In this document: positions 1 to 20,400 of the stretch, piece after piece
How positions within the stretch are numbered: the first letter of the stretch is position 1
How the letters are laid out: every line of letters begins with the position of its first letter
Source: Magallana gigas
Lineage: Eukaryota
Direction of reading: 5' to 3'
Length of the DNA: 64,000 nucleotides
Assembly: GCF_963853765.1 (NCBI RefSeq)
Contig: NC_088858.1
Location: 4,960,001 to 5,024,000, forward strand
Translations under genes and position numbers: made by a program
Notes under the pieces: model-generated
Told to the model about the DNA's origin: nothing
Database searches by the model: none
The model's input: the letters and a program-made list of their open reading frames with translations, nothing else

Positions 1-3491
<3,491 letters not shown>

Positions 3492-3788
3492 TTTAGTTAT
3501 TATGCTCAACCCGATGTACGACCACCATTTTTAAACAAGTGGTAGGCAGGACGTGACGTAATTTTTTGAATTCAGTTTTGTAAAATATATAATTTCGGAT
3601 ATAATTGGAAAATTATAACATGTCCATTATCCATTATTTATCAATTTCCAACAGAGATATATGTTTTGATAAGTTTAAGGGGTTTAATGAAAATTTTTAA
3701 ATTATTCCCTATATGATGTTTTAGAAAACTATCATTTAAAAAAAATACAATTGTATCCGTTTCGCATTCAAAGTGAAGAAAAAAGAAA

Positions 3789-9451
<5,663 letters not shown>

Positions 9452-10217
9452 CTCTCTCATAAACATTTGTAAAAGACATGTTTGTTGAAATAAATTCTCT
9501 TTGTATACACCAACCTTTTTGTTTTAATCTCTTATGTTAAAAAGTTAATGATTTGAGGTTCAAAATTGGACTCTTTTCCTCACAAATAGAAATGAATAGT
9601 GGTTTTGAGAGAAATGATGAGAAAAATGATGTATACAATAAATTGCCTCTGAAAAAAATCAAGGAAGCTTTGTGAAAGTGCCAGAGTTTTAGAAAATAAA
9701 TGATTTGACTACTAGTATATGTAATCTTGACCTTGTGCAAATGAACTCGGGTCAGGGTCATGACACATCATTTATGTGCCAATTATGAGTCTCTAATGAT
9801 GGATCTTTGAAAAGTTATGAAATGGGCATAATAATGAGAGGAACAGACGTGGTGAATCCTACTTACGGTAATGCTCTCAACTTCCTTAAACTTGTTTTTT
9901 AAAACTGTAATCCAGCACCATTTGAAAGTTCAAAGGGACAAGAAACCTTTCGTTTTACCCCCATACACAGAAAAACACTATAATAAGAGAAAAGCTGAAG
10001 CCCGTAAGTTGTACATACAATATTAAATGAAAAACTAAACACAATTTTTACGAATAGTTGATTTTAAAAATAATTTATTGTAGAAGTAGAAAAAAATCTT
10101 CCAACTTCACCATGATTAATTTGTTTAAATTTCAGTTTAATTTAGGAGGAAACAAAGGTTAAGATCGAAAGTGAACCCTTTTCTCCGATATATGACGAAA
10201 AGTTACAATTGCATAAT

Positions 10218-10894
10218 CACCACGTATAACACAACATGCGGGGTGTATGCTATACTGTACACGGGGTGTAGGCTTCCGAAGCGAGAAAACGGTGTCGAAG
10301 GTACGATATTTGTCCAGTTAATTAACTAAAGGACTTATTTTGCCAAAAAGAGTATGCTTACGAAAGAAAGCATGGATTAAGGAATATATAGACACGTTTT
10401 ATTCCATTGTACATGTTCTAGTTTTCTCAAACACTTCAACACAATTCCGACAGTCAGGGTGAGTTTGACCCTGACGTTCGTTAATGATCAAATATCTGGA
10501 CAAAGGTTCCGTTTATCATCACTGTTTTGTTACTAACAATTACATACCACTTGTGTTTGATTATACATTAATTTTCTGTGAATAAAATCAATCAAATACA
10601 GAAATATTTGCGAAAAAGTGATGTTGTACACGGGGTGTATACAACGTGTTGTACAAGGGGTGTATACAATCGGTTTTTCTTGCAGAGACTAGTGCGTAAT
10701 ATCAATGGAAAATTGATAATGTAGCTCTTTATATTGTCTTGTATCATTCTAGATTATACACCCCCTGTACAACACGTTGTATACACCATGTGTATAACAT
10801 CACTGTTTTCGCAAATATTTCTGTATTCGATTGATTTTATTCACAGAAAATTTACAACATAGCATACACCCCGCATGTTGTGTTATACGTGGTG
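10218..10894. mobile_element. MITE with nested inverted repeats between PSMC4 and the Macro-TIR gene
   Basis: Outer TIR CACCACGTATAACACAACATGCGGGGTGTATGCTA and its reverse complement ending at 10894. Inner inverted arms at approx 10574-10670 and 10756-10850. Flanked by ATAAT at 10213-10217 and 10895-10899. Confidence 0.8.
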
Positions 10895-11063
10895 ATAATG
10901 TTGCTTTTTTTAATTAACTTGACTACAAATGAATACATTTATGAATATGTTCATATTGCAATCGTTTTATTGCACTAGTAATTTTGAGAATTTGAATCTT
11001 AATTCAGATACATTATCCACAAGTGTACATGTTTATTTTCACGAAACAACCTGACAACATTAT

Positions 11064-11205
11064 ATAAATAGTGCCTGTTTTGGAGGGTAACAGTTGAAAT
11101 TGACACCCCGAGAAAACCATTGTCAACCGACGTGGAGCGGGTGTTGACAATAGTTTTCGAGGGGTGTCAATTCAACTGTTATCCTTCAAAACAGGCACTA
11201 TTTAT
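11064..11205. repeat. ~140-bp palindromic (hairpin) interspersed element
   Basis: ATAAATAGTGCCTGTTTTGGAGGGTAACAGTTGAAATTGACACCCC...GGGGTGTCAATTCAACTGTTATCCTTCAAAACAGGCACTATTTAT; the arms pair almost end to end. Confidence 0.8.
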
Positions 11206-11406
11206 TTTATTATACTGAATTTCTTAATTTTAAAGAAAACTATAGAGCTTTTATATTGTAATGACGTGAATTCCACGGCGAACCGTACGTGCATAATTTA
11301 CGCGCATGTAACAATTCGTTGTGTTACCCGTTGCCAGGTACAACTACAACTACAAGTGTCCATTGTGTGCAGTTAGATGAAAAATAAAACGGACAGAATT
11401 CTTTCG

Positions 11407-14400
11407 TCAAAGAATGTTACAGGAGGAGGATTTCTTTTCTGAGCGAGTTCTAGCATCTTTAGATGGGCTTTGGTCAGACACTGGGGGTATAAACTCCGAC
11501 TCCTGGGGCGGATTGTTTGGAGAGGTAGTTAACTCTGGTGCCGTGTCAGGATCCTTGGATTTCGTGTCCTCCTGGGGCGGATCGTTTGGAGAGGTAGTTA
11601 ACTCTGGTGCCGTGTCAGGATCCTTGGATTTCGTGTCCTCCTGGGGCGGATCGTTTGGAGAGGTAGTTAACTTTGGTGCTGTGTCAGGATCCTTGGATTT
11701 CGTGTCATCCGGGAGCGGATCGTTTGGAGAGGTAACAGGCGCGTGTTCTCTGTCTGGCTTTGCATCCTCCTGGCGCGCACTGCTTTGTAGTGGAACCGGT
11801 GCTTGTTCTTTGTTTGGGTCGTTAGACTCGTCAGCCGTCCGAGGAAGTCTTGAATTATCAAAACTCTGAGGTGTATCAGTCATCTTTACCAGACACTTTA
11901 AAATGAAATTAGAATCAGAACATATACTAACGACTTGATCAGTATACATACATACAGGGTGTCCTATCTTATCTGATACCATTGGAAATTCATATAAATT
12001 AAATGTTTGGTCAAATCTTGTAACTTCTAACTCAAATAAAAAGTAAAATAGTTAATTTCTTTTCCAAAAAAAGTTTAAAGAAAAACGTGCTTTTCATTGA
12101 ATTATGATGTCACAAAGTTGCATCACATTTCTTTGGTTGAATTGAATTGTATTCAAGATTGATCGAACAAGAGAGCAGGCATCTTCCGTTTTAAACCTGT
12201 ATTTTCAAACACCGTTTCCAGATATAGCTGCACGAATAATGAAAAAAAAAATACTCTGGGGAAAAAAAATCAACAAGGAACATATTCTTTAAATAGTGAG
12301 AGGATTTGAGGAAATTAGATCATTACAAATGGGATGTTGTGAGGAATTTTACTCATCCAATTGACATTGTTATTGATAAAAAGGACGTCATCTAGACACA
12401 CTCTAATTTTTGTTGTGGTTTTATAAACAATGCTCAGTTTGTCAAAAAGAAAATGGGGGAATAAGATAGCGCAAATGCCCATTGGTTCAGTCGTGAAATA
12501 CATGTACCATTTTGAATTTATTTTTTCCTATTTAAATTCATTCAAATATATTATAATACAAGTTTGCAAAAGCTCAATTTCTAACTATATTCAGGTTTTA
12601 ATATAATTAACAAACGACAAGAAAAAAATATTGCCTTAAATTTTGGTGGTATCGAACCCATAACATAAAAACCCTCGATGTACAAGGTTAGTTTATGACA
12701 GGTGCTCTAACCACTGAGCCATTTCAGACACAACAAAGTATGTTGTTTAAATGTTAAGTGTGACTTTGGCCACGAATTTACGGACTTGTATTATTTTTTC
12801 AAAACGTTCAATTGTTGGGATACAAAATGATATTTTTAATGTATAGTGGGTCATCTCTCCGCATTTTTGTTGACCGAAATCGGTTTGTTTTCCATTAGAC
12901 CTTATTTAGACTATGAGAAAAATATGGAGCTCACACCCACTCTAGGAAAGAAATTGTCTTGAAGCTCTGAAAAATGACACTATTTGCAGGTTTTGATACG
13001 TATACGCCTGTTTGAGTCAACATATTCCAAGTATTGAACATATTTATAGGTTACAAATCAATGATATGTTAAATATATTTTGTTTCAATGATTATTTTTT
13101 TTTTTAAATATCAGATTTATTGATATTTTAATTTTTCAGTAGCTTGTCCGACCGTGTATGGGCATTTTACACGACTTATCCACCCATCTTCTTATGAATG
13201 TCTGTGAAATTTGCTAAGTGAAAATTTACATCAGAAACATTTAAGAAAATGCGTTTGACCTTTTGTTAAATAAATTTAATCAAACGTTATTTAAAGAATA
13301 TATGGTATCAGCTACTCTGGGACACCCTGTATGTACCGACTTTATTAAATATGATTTTAAAATACCGGTAAGTAAACGTTGATCTAAAGTGAATATAATT
13401 ACCTGGCTTAGTTCTAGCGGGACTGCTGAATTCTCTTGAATTCCATTTACAATGATTGGTGATGGTTTAGCTTGGGTAAGACTGTAACGAATAAAACTGA
13501 AATATAGGATTTGATTTATAACAGGCTTAATTCTACAAAGCGACATCTGTGTCTTACTTGAGTTAATTCTTTGTACAAACTTTTGTAGTTTTAAGTATCG
13601 AACCAACATAACACGAAATAAATATTAAAATTAAATGTTAATGGAAATATGATATAATTTTAAAAAGAAAATACTTTAACAACAAATTTGCGTGACCTTA
13701 AAATTGTGAATTTTACGAAATCAAAAGTAATACCCGCAAATATTAATGAATCAAAATTATGTAATTGAGCAATTTGAAAAAAAAAATCGATTAAGGAGAT
13801 GATGAGCAACGTCAGTCGATAAATCATGGACACACTTTTAATTTGGAAGAAAATGTACTAAATTGAAGCATATCTCGAACGTTTTACAATCTTTGAAAAA
13901 ATTATTCAATCATTAAAAATCATCAGGTTAAAAAATGGAAAAATGTTTGTTTTCAAGTGAAAAAAAAGATTGGAATGGCTTTTTTTTACACATTGTATCA
14001 TAAAACGAACGGCCGAGGTGACAAATCAAATATCAAACATGTATACGGTTATGGTATACATTTACAATATTTACAGTTCAATATAAAGAATAAGGATCGA
14101 ATCATTCTTTGAATATTATGAAGTGGTCAAATACGATCGGGCGTGATCAAAGCCCGAAGGACATTATCAAAGATTTGATCAACCCCGAATGTATTTGATT
14201 ACCATATAAAGTTAACAGAATAATTCCTTATTACTATATTTATATAATTTCAACAATTGTTCACTTAAGTTACTGACATTGTTACATTATTTTCATTTTT
14301 ATAGTTATGCAAACCCCGTTCGTGTCCCACAGTGCATCATTTTCGTCATTTATGAAATGTATTTGACAAAGTTAACGTAACAAATCTGATTTGTAGTGTT

Positions 14401-17400
14401 GTAACAGGCAAGAACAAGAAACATGTAAATATACTGAAATGAGTAAATTGTACAAAACATACCCAGCAATTTCAAGCAAAATGTCGTCCGCTAGTTTGGT
14501 CATGGCTGCAAAATCTTGTGATCTGTATGTAAAAGACCCCTGCAGATCCCTTAAAGACAGTTTCACAGTTTTTGTTGATTCTGTGAACATACCGTTCCAA
14601 AATGGGTCCCCTAGATTGATATCAATGGGTAGTAAATGTGCGAATGAAGGTTTATCCGCGAGCTGGGAGGCCTGACACAAGTACAGAACCTTCCTCCCCC
14701 GCTCGTTTCTCTGGCGGATTATGGATATGAAGAGTTCCTCCAAGTGGTGAGGCGATTCCAGATATTGATTCGATAAAAACACTACAATTTTTTGAGACGT
14801 TTGCAAACACTTTAAGTCAGTGCCTGTCCTGTCAACTATAAGACTGGTCTGAATATCCGGGCTTTTCTTTTCTAGCTGGTACAACAAACTAGTGGCCAGG
14901 GAAAGGTCGTTCTGACTGACACTAACTACCACGTGATTCTCAGACTGGTTCAGCGGGGGCACAGAAAAAGAGGATTTCCTCTCCACGCTGTTTGTTCTTA
15001 TATTATATGAATCATACACCTCTTTTTTTCTGATTTCAGACATTCTCTTAAAATCAAACAGGGCGACCTGAAAATCAATCCAAAAAGTAAACAGAAATGG
15101 TGAAATGTTAAATAGAAAGGAAAGAAATAACTCTTTTAAAATAAAGTCTCACCTTTGATGCTGTGTTAGAGCAGTACTTTGGCCTTTTATTTGCTTTAAC
15201 CCAGGATGCAACATCTTTAACAAGACTTGGAATCAATTCACTATACTGGTTTCCTCTAAAGTCTACAAGCCTGTGCTGACCATAAAGGCATGGAACAGAA
15301 GGAATGTCCTCGATACACACAGGAATCAAAAGTAAATTATCGGCCTAAAACGGGTAAAAAAGTCATCAAATCATAATCCTTACGGTTAACAATTTTTTCG
15401 GTTTAGCTAATGAAGTCAAAGATTGACCTAAACAGCTTCAACGTTAAATAATGATATCTCATTATTAGTGAAAAATCTCAAAAGGACGTTAAACAGTAAA
15501 CAGTCAGCAATCAGACTTATTCAAATTACACGGTAAACTTGAACAATGTTGGACTATTTTCTGTAAGCAATATAATTCTAATTTGTCAGGGCTGATGTGA
15601 TATACTTGCTTTGTTTTGACTGCGATACATTGCGATGTTGAACTCTTCCTGACAGACCACAGACGAAAGGTAACTAGGCGACACTAGCGCCACCACACAC
15701 TTGACGGTGTCCAGAGAGTAGTACAGGCCTTTCTGCCACATACCGCCTATGTCACAGAAATTTCAAAAGATGACGTTATAGATTTTACACTAATTCTGCC
15801 TAAAAAATATCTCTGTAATGTGCAATTTAGTACTTCTCTTCTGACGCTTACGCCGAACCATGTAGGCCTATATAATTTAATTCTGGTTGTAACGCGCTTT
15901 CTGATTGGCTAAAAATTATTTTATATCGTATAAAGAATGTTGCCTACGTCATAGTAAGACTAACGTCAAAAACGTATCAATACGCCTGACGTTACGTTTG
16001 AATTTTGTACAAATTTACGTCATTTTAAAAGTCAATTGACCGTTTTTATCAACAATGAAGAGTAATAAAATTAAATTATAAGCAATGAATTCAATATTTA
16101 TTAGTTTTAAACGATATAAAATGGTTTGAAACAGTTTACGCTTTTTTATAAACCGTCTCGCGGTTTATAAAGCGTAAACAGCCCAAAACCATTTTATATC
16201 GTTTAAAACAAATAACTATTGAATTCATTCCTTAAATATATTTAGGAAATAAACAACGTTATTTAGCGAACATGGCGTTATGAATAGCAATTGCTCTGTT
16301 GGCATATTCCATGATGCGCGCTAGCGCATCATGGAAGATATGCCAGCAGAGCAATTCCTATTCATAATGCCATGTTTGCTAAATAATCGTTGTTTATTAC
16401 TTATATTTGCATTTTACCACTCGCAAATACCCTGTATTAGCCTAGACCTAGACATTTAGGTATTGCATTCAGACTTTAATGTATCCTTTATGACGTCATA
16501 GTATACAGACAGAGCAATTGCGATTATAGAAAAATAATTGCAGTTCCTCTGCATAGGCTTATAGTGGGAAAGAACAATGGATATGCAAATATATGTTTAT
16601 GAACCATATAACGACGAACTACCAACCAGCTCCAACGTAGAATTTTGGTATGATTTTTACTGCAATAAAATAATTTTCTATTTTTAAGCAAAGAAAAAAT
16701 TCCAAATACATGTACATTAAATTTAAAATTTGATTATTTTTCTATATCTTAACAGACAAGCAGACATGCATCTTTTCGTTATCTTTTTTTTGTGATATTG
16801 ATTTAGTCTTATTTAAGGAATGAACTCAATATTTATTTGTTTTATACGATATAAAATGGTTTTGGGCAGTAACGCTTTATAAACCGCGAGGCGGTTTATA
16901 AAAAAAGCGTAAACCGTTTCAAACCATTTCATATCGTATAAAACTAATAAATATTGAATTCATTGCTTATAATTCAATTTTTGTACTCTTCATTGTTGAT
17001 AAAAACAGTCATTTGACTTTAAAATGACGTAAATGACCTTTCTTTAAAATGACGAAAAATTGTACAAAATTCAAACGCAATGTCAGGCGTATTGATACGT
17101 TTTTGACGTTAGTCTTACTATGACGTAGGCAACATTCTTTTTACGATATAAAATATTTTTTTTAGCCAATCAGAAAGCACGTTACAACAAGAATTAAATT
17201 ATTACCGGAGCGTATTAGTGCCAAATTGTTAAAAAAAAATCTTTAAAATTCCAACTTTGAAGTTGCAGGACATACCGACTTTTAAATCTTGTCGGTCAAA
17301 AAACACTTCCATATCAGGATACTGCTTCTCAAACTCGTCCAACAAAAGTTGGGCTTGCTTGGGATCTTTGTGAGCATACGAAATGAAGACGTCATGGTTG

Positions 17401-20400
17401 ACATTGTCGTCTGCTTGAGAGACATTACTTTCCCCACCCTCTGTCTCTGTCAGCATCAGCCGAGTACAGACCGACTCCATCTTCAGAGCAGGAGTGTCTC
17501 CTTCCTTCCTGACCCTAGAATACAGTCACCACAGAATAATCATGTAGCGCATTTATAGTATCACGTATTCGATTGCCGAGTGTTAAAATAGTTTTCTTCA
17601 TTTAATAACATATCGTACTTGTATGTACACATCAAACTGCCATCTTTAAAACTAAAAGATTGCAATAGTACTGAAACCAATTTGATTTATGATGCAATAG
17701 TAAGTTGTTAGTTTGCTATATCACTGAGGCAAGAACCGTACGTGATAATTTCTGTAGATGCCTTATTTTACGCGAGTATTTAATTCCGCTCTTTAACCGT
17801 TTTGCATCAAATCGTGACTCGAGAACATAAAATCGCGAACGCCAAATTTTTACTATAGTTGAATTTAGTTTACATTTGTCTGAAAAATAAAAGCGATATT
17901 TTAAAACCCACGAGATGTGCTTCTCAGGATTCTACGCGGATATTAGTTCTTCATGTCTTTATTAGGAATCAACAGTATACATTTGTAGGTAGCGAGATAT
18001 GAAAATGACCTCTAACCTGCAGTCCAGGAACTGGACCAAGCTGATGCTGACCGGTATAATCTGGATAGTTTCAAAGTACAGGGGCACCAGGAAATCTTTT
18101 CCCTTCCTCCGTGTGCAGCAAATGGCCATGTTAAACATTTCCAAACACTCGTCACTTTTGACAAAGTTAGGGGTCAACACTGGAACAATCCTGTCATAAT
18201 GGATCCAAAAGTTTAAGTTAAAGCTCTCTAAAACAACGTTTTAAAAGATGATTGCGTCATCATATAATGTAAATTTCTGATTCAGTTTAAGATTAGATAT
18301 GAATTTCTGATTCATTTTCAAATCAATTTTATTAACACAATCAATACAGATTCAGATTAGAATATATACAATTATAAACCTGACCCTAATCGCATCAGAA
18401 TAATTTCTATTTTAGCTGAAACGCTGCAGAAAACTGAACATCCGCTATTCACAAGTCATGAATTAAGGCATAGAAATTGCTAGACTCTATCAGAGAAATT
18501 GTTCTATATTCTTTATTAACCTTTTACTGCCCATCATCAGATCAAATATTTCCTGCTGCCAGACACCTTTCTGGTCAAACTTGGAGGGGTCGTAATAAAT
18601 GGACAGTTTATCGTTCTTGGCAAGGAGATTCTGCTTCAGTGAGGAAACTATCGTCGCGTCAGTTGGTTGATGCATCAGAAATATGTCATATTCTTTAACA
18701 GCTTGCCTCTACAGGGTGAAAACATTAATTCAAGGTTGAACGCTCGTTTGATAAGAAAGATAACTCATATTGGGAGAATTGGATGCTGTTCCGCAATAAA
18801 TGCAGAATTTTATGCGTTTTTATTCAAATTTAGATGCCGTTTAAAAATCTTTATCATTAAAAGGAAAATTAGTTATAATTGTGCATTGAGTTTGCGAACC
18901 TTGTGAATTACACGAAACGTCCACTAGCTGTTCAAGGATGCAGTACTAAGTTTCCAATTTTCTACTTCATATTTACCGTATGCATATTTTTCGTAGTGAA
19001 TTTACGGGATGTAGAAAAAAGACTGACCTTACGCTGAGATTTCAGGTGTGTTTGCTTTAACTTGGCGAATTTACTATTTAGCTCCTTGTTGTTGTCTTCG
19101 TATAGAACTATCTTTAACTTTTTCAGGGGAAGCCCTGCCTGGATCCAACTTATGGCGCCAGTAACTATTGATTGCAGCACTGTGATTTCGTCCGAGTACT
19201 TTAAATGAAAAAAAAAACCCCAAATAGACACATCATAGAAAATTCACTACATCTATCAGAATAAAGATGTGACATCAAATATTTTCCGCACCACCTACTT
19301 TAGGAAGGTGATCTATATTGATCATTAGAAATGCATTGAATCGGTTACTAAGTATATTTTGTCCCTCTATTTTGTCACCTCAGTCATTGATATAACATAC
19401 CTGAATACTAAAAAGTTACAACGATGCATAAGTGTCAGTCACCTATCATGATATCACGTGTGATTACCTGGTTTCCGGTAGACAGCAGTGGAGTTATAAT
19501 TGTTGTACTCTGGTTTTTCAGGAGAGGAACTAAGACCTTAAAGATATCTCTGATCTGTCGTTCCAGTGAGTTGTCGCTGCAACCTCTTGTTCTACATCAG
19601 TAAACATATCAATGTACACTCTCTGAGCCATAATTCTCAGAATGCTCAAGTTATTTTTCAGGGATTTTTTTTCTCACAATATCAATATATGAGTTTAGAT
19701 AGTTGAATCTTTAAAATATATTCCAGCATTATATTATTTTTTTACGTTTAACTGGGACTGAACATATCTTATTTAAAAACCAATAGCAATCATTTGGTAA
19801 TAAGGTAGGTATAATTTACATGGATATATCTGTACTTATTATCTGCCCCATGGTATAACGCCACTTTAAAATTCGATACTCTTAAATACCTCAAAGTTAA
19901 AACAATGTTTATTCAATAAAAGAAAACGTCATACATGTATATTTATTCTTTAAAAACGCCCCTCTTTCAAAATGGAATTTTGCATTGCCAACGACACGAA
20001 AGTACCCAGATGTTAAATTAAATTGAATTAAAAAAAAGATATCAGCAATCCACACAATGCAGACGTTTAATGTTTCCCATATAACCAGTTTCTTTGACAG
20101 GTATGTGTATTTTCGTTAAAAAATGTCAAAAAGTGACGGAAACGATATCTTGGGGCAGATTATAGTTTCTTCAGAATTTTAAAGACGCATGCAAAAAAAA
20201 CCACCAAATTGAATATATTTTTTCAATAAGATCAATTTTTCGATGATATCTAACTTTTCGAAACAGAGCAATCGTCCAAATGGCAGATCCAGTGGTAAGG
20301 GTTTAGAAAGCCAGCAGGAATAATGGGTCCGTAGGTCCATGTCCTTGTCTTTTGACAATTCCCGGGTGGAGATGCCAAGATTAGCGAAAAGAGCCCCAAT

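Noticed and set aside
11414-11869. 151-aa plus-strand ORF with Gly/Ser repeats
   Set aside because: It is the antisense shadow of the Macro-TIR last exon, which has proper splice phase and a CaaX end.
12645-12725. Possible tRNA gene
   Set aside because: A- and B-box-like motifs are present but spacing and stems do not form a cloverleaf; it sits in an interspersed repeat, so it is SINE-like rather than a tRNA.
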